Shown here: positions 9,968 through 19,355 of the stretch, piece after piece | Position numbering within the stretch: position 1 is the first letter of the stretch | Layout: every line of letters starts with the position of its first letter | Assembly: GCA_965217585.1 (NCBI GenBank) | Contig: OZ244561.1 | Coordinates: 4,864,001 to 4,928,000 of the forward strand | Length of the DNA stretch: 64,000 nucleotides | Direction of reading: 5' to 3' | DNA from: Candidatus Latescibacterota bacterium | GTDB lineage: Bacteria; Latescibacterota; UBA2968; UBA8231 | Made by a program: the position numbers and the translations under genes | The notes under the pieces: model-generated | Seen by the model: only the letters and a program-made list of their open reading frames with translations | Database searches by the model: none | Told to the model about the DNA's origin: nothing

Positions 9968-10834
9968 ATGCTGGTGGGAATTGTCACCTTGAAATCGGCC
10001 CCCTGGGAATTGGCGGATAATTTCCGGCGGCTGGAGTCCTATGTCCGGGAGGCGGCCGGGCGTCGCGCCCAAGTGATTGTCGCGCCCGAGTCCGTGCTAG
10101 ATGGCTATGTGTTTAACGCAGACCCCACATCCCAATTGGCGGATATGCTGGAAATCGCCCAGACCGTGCCGGATGGATCCTATATCCAACGGGCGGGCGC
10201 GCTGTGCAAAGAATTGGGGACGTATCTGATATTCGGCTTGCTGGAACGGGAAGAGCAGACCCTGTTCAACGCCTGTGTCATGCTCGATCCGCAAGGCGAG
10301 GTGATCGCCCATTACCGCAAAATTACCACCGCGGGAGAGTACGCCATCACTCCGGGGCGCGCGCTACAGCCGTTCGACACGCCCCTGGGCCGGTTGGGCT
10401 TTCTGCTGTGCAGCGACCGCACCGTGGACAATTGCGCGGTGCTGGGGGTTCAGGGGGCCCAGGTCATTTTCATTCCCATGGACGGCAGCGGTGGACCGGA
10501 CAATACCGAGAAAATGCGCTGGCGGGCTCGGGACAACCACTGCTGGATCGTTATTGCCAACACCTGGAGCGCGGTAATCATCAGCCCCAGCGGGGAATTG
10601 CACTTGGAGAAGTACGAAACCGAATGCGTCAGCGTGCAATACGTACACTTGCCGCAACAGGATAACAGTCAAGGACGGTCGCGCTTTGTAGCGCGCCGGC
10701 CCGATCTGTACGGTCCCCTAGTCGCCGGACACGAGGACGGCCACTACGATGGGGAGGGCAAACTCACTGCAGCGGGCGAAGCGCGCCGACAAGCAGCGCG
10801 CCGGAAGGCCGCGGAGGGCCATGACAGACAATAG
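9968..10834 (+). CDS. Carbon-nitrogen hydrolase (nitrilase superfamily)
   Basis: APE (catalytic E), HYRK (K), LLCSD (C) triad; RRPDLY. Confidence 0.9.
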   Translation: MLVGIVTLKSAPWELADNFRRLESYVREAAGRRAQVIVAPESVLDGYVFNADPTSQLADMLEIAQTVPDGSYIQRAGALCKELGTYLIFGLLEREEQTLFNACVMLDPQGEVIAHYRKITTAGEYAITPGRALQPFDTPLGRLGFLLCSDRTVDNCAVLGVQGAQVIFIPMDGSGGPDNTEKMRWRARDNHCWIVIANTWSAVIISPSGELHLEKYETECVSVQYVHLPQQDNSQGRSRFVARRPDLYGPLVAGHEDGHYDGEGKLTAAGEARRQAARRKAAEGHDRQ

Positions 10835-13112
10835 AGTGGATATCCGCGACCGGGTCGCCCGCCACGATCTGCGCTACGACGCGGTGCCCTGTACCTATTT
10901 CGAGGGATTTATCCTCGGCAACGGCGATCTGGGTGCCGTGCTATGGTTCGAGGAGGACTGCATGGTGCTCAGTTTGGACAAGGCCGATGTCTGGGAGCGG
11001 CGCGCAGACCAGAGTCTGGAGCCGGGCATGGATTACCGCACCGCCCTGCAGCAAGTCCGTACCAGCAGCTTCGATCCTAGCTGCCGAGTCTTCGATCCGG
11101 TGCGGCCCCCCGACCGAGTCTGGGGCAACAAGCTGCCGATCGGCCGCGTCGAATGGCCGCTTGGGCAGACGCCGATAGCACTAGAGGGCAAGATTGCGCT
11201 CTACGAGGCCGCCTTTTCGCTGGAATTGCGGCTGGCGCAGGGGGCGCTGACCGTGTGGGGGTATCTGCACGCCGGCGAGAATATCGTCGAGCTCGAAATG
11301 GAGGCGCACGGTAAAATTCCACTACCCGCTTGCCGAGTCGCCCGCCGCTTGGACGAGCGCAGCGAAGAGATCATGCAAATATGGGATTATCCCGAGCCCG
11401 AGTATGGAGGCCAGGGGACCGACCGCTACTTGGTGCAGGGATACAGCGGCGACGAGGAGTACGCGGTATTCGTCCGACAGTGCCGCGCGGCGAGCAACCG
11501 CGCTCGTTGCGCTGTCACGGTGATTCGGGGTGCGGCCGGCGATGAGCTGCCGGCTCGGGCGGCCGCTGCTGTAGAGGCTTGGCAGGGACGCGATGACCTC
11601 TTTGACGAGCACTTGGCGTGGTGGGCGCGCTTCTGGACGCGCTCGCATTTGTGCGTGCCCGACGCCGCTCTGGAACGCTTGTGGTACGCGGAGATGTACA
11701 AGCTGGGCTGCAACGCGCGGGCGGACAAGTACCCCGTCACCATCATGGGCGTGTGGAACCCCGATACGCGCATTCCGCCTTGTTACGGAGACCTGCACCA
11801 CAATCTAGAAACAGAGATGAACTACTGGCCCATTTTCGCCGCCAACCGCCTCGAACTGGCCATGCCGCTCTACGAACTACTGGTGGACCAGTTGCCGCGC
11901 TTTGAGGAGAATTGCCGCACCTTCTTCGGCTGGAGCGGAGCCTACCTACCGGCCAATATGGATATCTACGGCCAAGGCGTGGGCTTTATGTGGTTTCCCT
12001 GGAATTTGCAGGTCGGCGTGGGTGCCTGGCTGGCCCAGCACTTCTGGCTGCACTATTGCTACAGTGGCGATCGGGACTTTCTGCACGACAAAGCCTGGCC
12101 CTTCATGGAGGCCGTGGGCCGCTTCTGGCTGGGATTTCTCGAAGCCGACGAAGAGGGCGTGCTGCACGTGCCTTGGTCCTACTCGCCCGAGTACGACGAC
12201 ATTGTGTGCAAGGGCCGGGATTCGGCGTTCGATCTGGCGCTGGTGCGCTATTTGTTTACCACGCTCATCGCCGCCGCACAGGACCTCGAATTGGGCGCGG
12301 AAGAGACTGCGTCCTATGGCCAGGCCCTAGAAAACCTAGCGCCGCTTCCCGTGGATGAGCGTGGCATTCAGGTTTACGCCGGGGTGCCGTTGGAGCGCAG
12401 CCACCGCCACTTCTCCCACCTGATGGCCATTCACCCCCTCGGCTACGTCCATGTCGAAGGCGACGCGGGCGACCGAGATTTGATCGAGCGTTCGCTGGCT
12501 CATTTGCGCCACATCGGCACGGGCCACTGGTCGGGCTGGTCCTTCCCCTGGGCAGCTTTGATCGCCTGCCGCGCCCGGCGCACCAATATGGCCCACTCCA
12601 TGCTGCGCTTTTACACCGATCAGGTGATACTGCCAAACACCTTGCAGGTGAGCGTTGACTGGCGCCAGACCGGTTTCTACACGGCCGAACATGGTTTTAT
12701 CAATACCTTGGAGGCAGGCACAGGTGCCGCAGCGGCGGTTATGGAGATGCTACTGCAAAGCTGGGGCGGCAAAATCCGCGTCTTTCCCTGCGTGCCAGAT
12801 GCGTGGCCAGCGGCGTCTTTTGCTACTCTGCGCGCCGAGGGGGCCTTCTTGGTCAGCGCCTCGTATCGGGACGGGGCGGTAGAGTGGGTACACATCACCA
12901 GCGAAGTCGGCCATGAGTGCACCGTGCACAATCCGTGGCCGCAAGGCGACGTAGTGCTACGCGATCTGTGTACTGGTGCCGAAGTTTTGCTAAATGGGGA
13001 TGTGCTGGCCTTTGCCACCAAGGCAGGGGGACAGTACGAATTGACCGGAACGGTGGCAGGTCGGCAGCAAAGGTCCGGAGCGATCTTCGCCGGCCTGCCG
13101 CGCTGGGATTAA
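10821..13112 (+). CDS. GH95-like (alpha-L-fucosidase-type) glycoside hydrolase
   Basis: LGNGDLG, HHNLETEMNYW, SYSPE, HRHFSHLMAIHP, GWS, EMLLQS motifs of GH95 (alpha/alpha)6 barrels. Confidence 0.8.
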   Translation: MTDNRVDIRDRVARHDLRYDAVPCTYFEGFILGNGDLGAVLWFEEDCMVLSLDKADVWERRADQSLEPGMDYRTALQQVRTSSFDPSCRVFDPVRPPDRVWGNKLPIGRVEWPLGQTPIALEGKIALYEAAFSLELRLAQGALTVWGYLHAGENIVELEMEAHGKIPLPACRVARRLDERSEEIMQIWDYPEPEYGGQGTDRYLVQGYSGDEEYAVFVRQCRAASNRARCAVTVIRGAAGDELPARAAAAVEAWQGRDDLFDEHLAWWARFWTRSHLCVPDAALERLWYAEMYKLGCNARADKYPVTIMGVWNPDTRIPPCYGDLHHNLETEMNYWPIFAANRLELAMPLYELLVDQLPRFEENCRTFFGWSGAYLPANMDIYGQGVGFMWFPWNLQVGVGAWLAQHFWLHYCYSGDRDFLHDKAWPFMEAVGRFWLGFLEADEEGVLHVPWSYSPEYDDIVCKGRDSAFDLALVRYLFTTLIAAAQDLELGAEETASYGQALENLAPLPVDERGIQVYAGVPLERSHRHFSHLMAIHPLGYVHVEGDAGDRDLIERSLAHLRHIGTGHWSGWSFPWAALIACRARRTNMAHSMLRFYTDQVILPNTLQVSVDWRQTGFYTAEHGFINTLEAGTGAAAAVMEMLLQSWGGKIRVFPCVPDAWPAASFATLRAEGAFLVSASYRDGAVEWVHITSEVGHECTVHNPWPQGDVVLRDLCTGAEVLLNGDVLAFATKAGGQYELTGTVAGRQQRSGAIFAGLPRWD

Positions 13113-13124
13113 ACGGGGTCGAGC

Positions 13125-14138
13125 ATGGACCATTCCCTAACGGCACCGATCATTGACGCCCACGGCCATACCTTGGATCTGGCCTTCAAGTCGGGGTGCG
13201 AGCTGCACCAAGGTTTGGGTGGACTGACTGATGTGCCCCTGATGCGCGTCGGTGGGGTCGCGGCTCAGCTAACCGCTTGTTGGGTGCCGGATGCGAGAAT
13301 CGGCGGTCCTCACGGCAGTCGGCATCCCCTGCAGGAGGTCTTGCGGATCGTCGACTATTTGCATCGCCAATTGGAAGGCGAAGCCGGAGAATACGCCGTG
13401 TTGGCTACTACCGCCGATCACATCGAAGAGGCGCACAAGAGTGGGAAAACCGCCTTTGTTTTGGGCTTGGAGGGCGGCGATGCGCTCAAAGGCGACTTGG
13501 GCGTATTGCGCACGCTCTATCGCCTGGGATTGCGGCACCTCGGCTTGGTACACGAAGGACGCAATGCCTTGGGCACGGCGACGCAGGTGTGGAACGGGCC
13601 AACCATGCGACTTTACGACAGCGGGATTGATCCGCCGGGCCGGCTGACCGAGGCTGGCCGGCAGGTCATTGGCGAGATGAACCGGCTGGGCATGCTCGTC
13701 GATATCACGCATCTGGTTGAGGCCTGTTTTTGGGACGCGCTGGAAGTCGCCCGCGCGCCGGTCATTGCCACTCACGGCAATGCACGGGCACTGAGGGACA
13801 CCGTGCGCTACTTGAGCGACGACCAGCTCCGGGCGGTGGCCGCTACCGAGGGCTTGATTTGCCCTAGTCCGATGCCGCTGGGTCCTGGGGGCGAAACAGC
13901 CAGTCTGGAGATGTTGCTGGATCATATTGATTACATAGTTGCGCTGGTTGGAGCTGCCCACGTCGGCTTTGGTACGGACCTGCTCGACCAGCTCAACGCT
14001 CGGCCGGTCGGGTTGGAGGATATTGGCGAGAGCCAAAATATCGTCGAGGGCTTGCAGCAGCGCGGGCACCAGACCGAGGCAATCGACGGGATTATGGGCG
14101 GCAATTTTATTCGCGTTTTCAGAGAAGTAGCTGGCTAG
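13125..14138 (+). CDS. Membrane dipeptidase (peptidase M19, amidohydrolase fold)
   Basis: IIDAHGH, GLEG, EMNRLGMLVDITH, ATHGN, HVGFGTD, GGNFIRVF. Confidence 0.9.
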   Translation: MDHSLTAPIIDAHGHTLDLAFKSGCELHQGLGGLTDVPLMRVGGVAAQLTACWVPDARIGGPHGSRHPLQEVLRIVDYLHRQLEGEAGEYAVLATTADHIEEAHKSGKTAFVLGLEGGDALKGDLGVLRTLYRLGLRHLGLVHEGRNALGTATQVWNGPTMRLYDSGIDPPGRLTEAGRQVIGEMNRLGMLVDITHLVEACFWDALEVARAPVIATHGNARALRDTVRYLSDDQLRAVAATEGLICPSPMPLGPGGETASLEMLLDHIDYIVALVGAAHVGFGTDLLDQLNARPVGLEDIGESQNIVEGLQQRGHQTEAIDGIMGGNFIRVFREVAG

Positions 14139-14170
14139 GCTGCCGGAGTACGAGAGGAGGAAGAATACTG

Positions 14171-15688
14171 ATGCACCAACCATTTCTGGACTGGTACGAT
14201 ATCTGGGCAGGACAGGCCTGTGCCAACGAAAACGGCGAGTCCTGGCTCAAGGATCCGCCGCTAGGTGTGCGGCTAGCAGTGCAACCGGCGCGCAGGTCTC
14301 CGGTATTCTTTCGCGCCGAAGAGCCTTGGGAACAGGCCCGAATGGCGTATCCGTACGTCCTGTTGGACGACGGGCTCTACCGGATGTGGTTTTGGACTTC
14401 GGGAGAGGAAGAAGGAGGGGCGCGTTTCAACGGCTATGCAGAGAGCCGGGACGGTTTTGAGTGGGAACGGCCGAACTTGGGGTTAGTGGAGTACGGCGGT
14501 ACTAGAGCCAATAATCTGCTTTCGCGGCACAGCGATTTTGAGCTCAACTCGGTATTCATCGATCCCCATGCCGGTCCCGAGGAGCGCTACAAGGCCATTG
14601 GCCCGAAAACCGTATTTTACCGCAACGGGGTAGTGGATGCAGAAATGGATTGGGTGCAGTTTCGCCAGTTGGGTGCCGATACCGGTACTCGGGACGATCC
14701 AACCATCAATACCATGCAGGTTGTGGAGGAACAGTTCGGCGTCCGCCGGGATAATGTGGTACAGGGTGCGGTCTCTGGCGACGGGTTGCGCTGGACTGTG
14801 CTCGACACCCCCTTAGTAAACGTCGGCAATAGCGTGCTCGATACCCAGAATGTCGCCGCCTACGAACCGGAAACCGGAGAATACGTTGCCTACTTGCGCG
14901 GCATGTTCCACAATGAGAACAAATTCGGCTATACCGGTCGACGGGCCGTGCGCAAGACCGGAGGGAAAGAGTTCGGCGCTTGGGCCCCGCCGCGCTACGT
15001 CCTAGTGGCCGACCCGCAGGACCACGTTGCCGACGATATATACACGCCGTGCTACTGCCACTATCCGGGGGTGCCCGGCTTGCATCTGATGTTTCCTTCG
15101 GTGTACCACCGGCTCGACTCAGAGCAGGATGTCCAGCTAGCGGTGAGTCGGGATGGGTGGAATTGGGTGCGGCCCGAAAGGAAGCCGATCATCACCCTCG
15201 AAAGCGACGAAGGGCGGTATGGTTGCATTCGCGCTGCTCCCAATCTAGTGCCGCTCAATGAGGAGGAGTGGGGCCTGCCGTACGACGGCCGCTACAGTCG
15301 GCACGACCACGGCCCGGCCGAGTTGCCCGAAGGCGAGTTTCGCTGGGCGATATGGAAACGCCATCGGCTGGTGGCCTTGGAAGCGCCGCTGGAAGGACGG
15401 GTAACTACCATTCCGCGAGTTTGCCAAGGCGGGGAATTGCGCCTCAACTTCCAGACCAAGCGAGCCGGCTGGATCAAGGTGGAAATTGTGACGCCGCCGA
15501 TCGAGCCTGTGGAGTCGATTCAACCTTTGGAGGGTTTCAGTGCAGACGAGGCCGATGTCTTGGTGGGAGACGAGTTGGATAAAGTCGTTACGTGGAAGGG
15601 CAAGAGCGATCTAGCGGCGCTAAAGGGAAAGCAGGTGGCCGTTCGCCTGCACCTGGCGCGGGCCAAGGTGTTTTCCATGGCTATCTAA
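14171..15688 (+). CDS. Beta-propeller hydrolase-like protein (paralog 4)
   Basis: EPWE, YAESRDGFEWERPNLG, DTQN, SRDGWNWVRPERKP, TWKGKSDLAALKG; RBS GAGGAGG. Confidence 0.75.
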   Translation: MHQPFLDWYDIWAGQACANENGESWLKDPPLGVRLAVQPARRSPVFFRAEEPWEQARMAYPYVLLDDGLYRMWFWTSGEEEGGARFNGYAESRDGFEWERPNLGLVEYGGTRANNLLSRHSDFELNSVFIDPHAGPEERYKAIGPKTVFYRNGVVDAEMDWVQFRQLGADTGTRDDPTINTMQVVEEQFGVRRDNVVQGAVSGDGLRWTVLDTPLVNVGNSVLDTQNVAAYEPETGEYVAYLRGMFHNENKFGYTGRRAVRKTGGKEFGAWAPPRYVLVADPQDHVADDIYTPCYCHYPGVPGLHLMFPSVYHRLDSEQDVQLAVSRDGWNWVRPERKPIITLESDEGRYGCIRAAPNLVPLNEEEWGLPYDGRYSRHDHGPAELPEGEFRWAIWKRHRLVALEAPLEGRVTTIPRVCQGGELRLNFQTKRAGWIKVEIVTPPIEPVESIQPLEGFSADEADVLVGDELDKVVTWKGKSDLAALKGKQVAVRLHLARAKVFSMAI

Positions 15689-15705
15689 GGGCATGGGCGA
15701 ACCAT

Positions 15706-16284
15706 CTACGTCCCAGCGGTGATAGAAAATTGGCTCATTGACAACCTGCCGGTAACTTCGCTGGAAAATCCGACGAAGGAGAAACCGTAACTCTCGGCCC
15801 GGCTCAACACCTGTTCGAGGGCGACGGGATGGCCCGGGTCGGCAGACCAACTGCGGTGCCATTGGTTTTCATCTGCTGCAAGTGCAAGGCGATTGGCCGT
15901 CCAAACGCCCTCTTCTAGAGCGAGAGGATGGGCTGTGTAGTGCCAGCGCGTGCTAGCGGCGTGTACCCAGAAGAAACACTGGGCACCGTCCAAACGCAGC
16001 CGATCGGCCCTCAGGTGGACTGCAACTGCGGACTGGCGCATATCGAGCGGGTCAACGCCGACCCAGCTGCGGTAGCACAGCAGCGGCAGGATAGACAGGG
16101 GGCGCTCCGGGGTATCGGCGCTCCAGCGCCGGTGATCGGTCCAGATAAAGCTCCCATTGTCCACACCGCCCTGCGCGGCCCAAGTGGCTAGGATGAAGAT
16201 ATTGCTACCGTCGGCCACCATGCTGGCGTGGTAGTCGTACGAACACCAGCCTTCTGGCCCTTTGTCGAAGTTGTTTTTCATCAC
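15706..16284 (-). CDS. Hypothetical protein (probable beta-sandwich)
   Basis: 192-aa Trp-rich ORF with RBS GAGGAG; no family recognised. Confidence 0.6.
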   Translation of the reverse strand: MMKNNFDKGPEGWCSYDYHASMVADGSNIFILATWAAQGGVDNGSFIWTDHRRWSADTPERPLSILPLLCYRSWVGVDPLDMRQSAVAVHLRADRLRLDGAQCFFWVHAASTRWHYTAHPLALEEGVWTANRLALAADENQWHRSWSADPGHPVALEQVLSRAESYGFSFVGFSSEVTGRLSMSQFSITAGT

Positions 16285-16395
16285 ATTCTCTCCTCAGAAG
16301 CGTTTTTAAAACCCGGGGTCTGAGTAGCAATAGGTGCGATCCAAGGTGATCAGCCAATCTTTCCGGGGCGGTAAAAGGGTAAAAGGAATCAAGGG

Positions 16396-17145
16396 TTAAC
16401 GAATCCTTAAAAGGCGCACGCCAACGCCAAGGTGGCGGGCGTCGGGCGAGGGGTTGGCGCGAGCCGCCGACCGCACACCCTGGGCATCATAGCGGAAGTC
16501 GCCGCCCCGAATGACGCGAGTAGAGCCGACGGTATACCAGTCCTGTACCCATTCCCAGACATTCCCATGCATATCATACAATCCCCAAGGATTCGCTTTC
16601 TTCAGACCCACTGCATGACTCATACTCCATCCATTCGCAGAATACCACGCATAGTCAGTAAGCTGACTCTCGTCATCCCCAAACGACCACCGCGTCGTAG
16701 TACCCGCCCGACACGCATATTCCCACTCCGCCTCAGTCGGCAAACGATACAGCACCCCACCCGCCGCCACATTCAACTCCTCTATGAAAGACTGCACGTC
16801 TTTCCAAGAAATATTCACGGCCGGATGAGACGGCCCCCTGAGCGCATCGTCTTTCTTAGATGGAGGCCGCGACCCCATGACCGCCTCCCACTGACCCTGC
16901 GTCACCTCATACTTACCCAAGTAGAACCCTTGACTGATCTCCACCTCCCGTACCGGCCCTTCATCCTGATTTCGTCCCACCTCCGAATCCGGCGATCCCA
17001 TCTGAAAGGTCCCAGGCTCAATCCAAACAAACACCATCTTGGCACCATTAGGCAAAGAAAATGTCTTCTCAGCGCCCGTCGAGTTGTCGCCGAGGCAAGC
17101 AATCGGTACCAGCAACCCCAGCAGACATACGGTCAAAAACTTCAT
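16396..17145 (-). CDS. FGE-sulfatase/SUMF1 (C-type lectin fold) lipoprotein, candidate DGR target
   Basis: Lipobox-like PIAC; FQMGS, YEVTQGQW, RLPTEAEWEYACRAG, NPWGLYDMHGNVWEW, RVIRGG..RSA.R..GVRL; lacks the catalytic Cys pair of true FGE. Confidence 0.9.
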   Translation of the reverse strand: MKFLTVCLLGLLVPIACLGDNSTGAEKTFSLPNGAKMVFVWIEPGTFQMGSPDSEVGRNQDEGPVREVEISQGFYLGKYEVTQGQWEAVMGSRPPSKKDDALRGPSHPAVNISWKDVQSFIEELNVAAGGVLYRLPTEAEWEYACRAGTTTRWSFGDDESQLTDYAWYSANGWSMSHAVGLKKANPWGLYDMHGNVWEWVQDWYTVGSTRVIRGGDFRYDAQGVRSAARANPSPDARHLGVGVRLLRIR

Positions 17146-17265
17146 AGCTATAGCTCCCTTATATAGAAGAATGAAAGAAGTGAGAAACAGTCATGTACTC
17201 TGCCATCGCCTAATCCTCCGATTGGGTTTACACAATACGCGGCCGTCCGGGCGGGACCTGTCTCT

Positions 17266-18876
17266 CTAGCGCTCGAATCTGTAGGTGAAGTCCACGGTCT
17301 GGACCGGCTCGCCGCGGTAGTCGTATCTCAGCACCGCGTCCTTCACCGTGACCTGGATGTCGCGGACGTCCGGGTCCAGCCCCGTAAACAAGACGTAGCC
17401 GGACACCTCCTGGCGGTTGAAGACCGCGTCCGCCGTGAACAGCGCCTCGCGCAGCAGCTCATTGCGATCCCTGCCTGGGGAGGGGACTGGGGCGAAGTAC
17501 GCAGGAGCCAGATTGTGCCACTTGCGGCCATCGGGGGACCGCATCACGATGCTTGCCGGGTCGATGAACACCTTCGGGTAGTAGTAGTTTCTCACCCCAA
17601 GGCGGAACACCGTGCTATGCCGGAAGTCTCCCCGCGCCGGGAACTGGCGGTTGAGCTCTTCGGCCGTCATGGGGCGCAGGGACACCTCGAAGCGGTTCAG
17701 GGTGAAGCGAACCGAGCCGTCGTCGGCCACGGTCATAGCCTCCGCCTGCTCGGCAGCAGGGCGCAAGGAGGCCTTGTCGGCCGTCTCTGCGTATCGGGTT
17801 CCATCGGCCAGCGAGAGCGTAGCGATCAGACAACTCACGCAGCCGATCAGCACCCCCACACGCAGCATCTGATGCCGCTGCACAGGTCTTCGGTCAGACT
17901 GTTCGTCGACCAGAGCGCGGATACGTGCGACGAGACTTGACGACTGGACTACCGGCAGAGAGGCAGTGGAGTTGAAATAGCGCGCGTTCATGGCGATCTC
18001 CATTAGATGGCGGCCATACGATGAGGATCGCTGGCCGGCGTTGAGCACGAAGTCATCGCACGCCTTCTCTTGCTCCAGGCGCAGACATCTGAAGGCGTGC
18101 CAGACCATCGGATGGAACCAGTAGAAGGCGGTGATGATGCGAGCGAAGAGCTGTGTGGTCTGGTCGCCGCGACGAGCATGGGCAACCTCGTGTAGCAGTG
18201 CGATCCTGATCCGGTCGGCGGGCCAGGTCTGGGCCGAGAGAGGAATGGCCACGGCTGGCCGTATGAAACCCCAGGTAACCGGTACCGGTATGCGCGGGCT
18301 GACCAGTATGCGGATCGGTCGCCGGACCAGTCCGTTGCGTTCCAGCTCTGCGGCGATGTCGGCCCATAGGCCGCTGGTCACACAGCGGGCATCGGCCAAC
18401 CAGCGTCTTCTCGATCGGTAATCGCGCACAAGCCCGGATAAGGAGGCGATGAGCCCGGCCATCCACAAACCCAGTAAGAAGGGATACAGCCTGGATGATC
18501 CGGTGCCGGAATGGCTGGAAGCCAGAATGCCATCGAGCTTGCCGGCCAGTGGGGAGCCCGGCGGATCGCTGTTAATCTGCGATGGAATCGGCGAAAGTCC
18601 TGGAGGGGATTTCACCGCTGCTTCGCCGTCGTATAGTGAAACGGCTCCCTCGAATATCCCCGATAAACCGGACACAAAGGAGAGAGGTGGCAATAAGATA
18701 GAGAAGGCAGGAAGCAACAGGAGGGCGAAAAAAGCGGCCAACCACAGGGCGTGACGCAGCGCCGCCGATGAGCGCCACAGGGCCGTCATGAGCCATGCGA
18801 TCGACACAATGCCCGCGCTTTTGATCGTCATTTCGAGCAGGAATCTGGCGGCATCAAAGGAGGAGGCTCCGGCCAT
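17266..18876 (-). CDS. BlaR1/MecR1-type M56 metallopeptidase with atypical C-terminal sensor domain
   Basis: SAALRHALW, HEVAH zinc motif, YWFHPMVW, EKACDD. Confidence 0.9.
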   Translation of the reverse strand: MAGASSFDAARFLLEMTIKSAGIVSIAWLMTALWRSSAALRHALWLAAFFALLLLPAFSILLPPLSFVSGLSGIFEGAVSLYDGEAAVKSPPGLSPIPSQINSDPPGSPLAGKLDGILASSHSGTGSSRLYPFLLGLWMAGLIASLSGLVRDYRSRRRWLADARCVTSGLWADIAAELERNGLVRRPIRILVSPRIPVPVTWGFIRPAVAIPLSAQTWPADRIRIALLHEVAHARRGDQTTQLFARIITAFYWFHPMVWHAFRCLRLEQEKACDDFVLNAGQRSSSYGRHLMEIAMNARYFNSTASLPVVQSSSLVARIRALVDEQSDRRPVQRHQMLRVGVLIGCVSCLIATLSLADGTRYAETADKASLRPAAEQAEAMTVADDGSVRFTLNRFEVSLRPMTAEELNRQFPARGDFRHSTVFRLGVRNYYYPKVFIDPASIVMRSPDGRKWHNLAPAYFAPVPSPGRDRNELLREALFTADAVFNRQEVSGYVLFTGLDPDVRDIQVTVKDAVLRYDYRGEPVQTVDFTYRFER

Positions 18877-18878
18877 CT

Positions 18879-19268
18879 TCAGCGTCCTTTCTCTCTCGCT
18901 TCGGTCAGTAGCGCATCCAGCCGGGCGATTTCCTCTGGGGTCAGCTTATCCCCTTCCAGATCGATGAGAGCGGCGATCGCCCTGGATGGTGAACCGCCGA
19001 AGAACGTGCGCAGCACCTGGCGTAGCGCGGATGTTTGGGTCTGTTGATGCGGCCAGGTCGGTGAGTAGACGAAGCGCGGTCCCTCTTTCCGGTGTTTGAG
19101 ATAGCCTTTGTTTTCGAGATGCCTCAACCAGGTCCGCACCGTCGCGTTGGTTAAGGCAGGCGATAAGTCCTCTTGCACTTGACTGGCTGTAGCCTCGCTG
19201 CGCCGGAAGATGATGTCCATGATCTGGCGTTCCCGGCGACCGAGTTCGAGATAGTCGTGGTCACTCAT
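18879..19268 (-). CDS. BlaI/MecI/CopY family transcriptional repressor
   Basis: LGRRERQIMDII, TVRTWLRHLENKGYL, FFGGS; directly upstream of the M56 gene. Confidence 0.92.
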   Translation of the reverse strand: MSDHDYLELGRRERQIMDIIFRRSEATASQVQEDLSPALTNATVRTWLRHLENKGYLKHRKEGPRFVYSPTWPHQQTQTSALRQVLRTFFGGSPSRAIAALIDLEGDKLTPEEIARLDALLTEAREKGR

Positions 19269-19284
19269 AGGTATACCTCACGAA

Positions 19285-19322
19285 AAATGTTATTATACTA
19301 ACATGTTAGTATAATAACATTT
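19285..19322. promoter_or_regulatory. Perfect 38-bp palindromic operator upstream of the BlaI-like gene
   Basis: AAATGTTATTATACTAACA|TGTTAGTATAATAACATTT, 16 bp upstream of the ATG; contains TATAAT on both strands. Confidence 0.85.
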
Positions 19323-19355
19323 ATGATTGAAAGCAAGAGGATATAGGCTGATCGG

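Noticed and set aside
16396-17145. FGE-family gene as the sulfatase-maturing enzyme for the nearby sulfatases
   Set aside because: It lacks the catalytic cysteine pair and has a lipoprotein signal; a binding-type CLec protein fits better.
16345-19355. FGE-BlaR-BlaI block as a discrete transposon
   Set aside because: Only an 8-bp inverted match (GATCAGCC) at the edges, with no transposase or target duplication; composition suggests acquisition but boundaries are unsupported.
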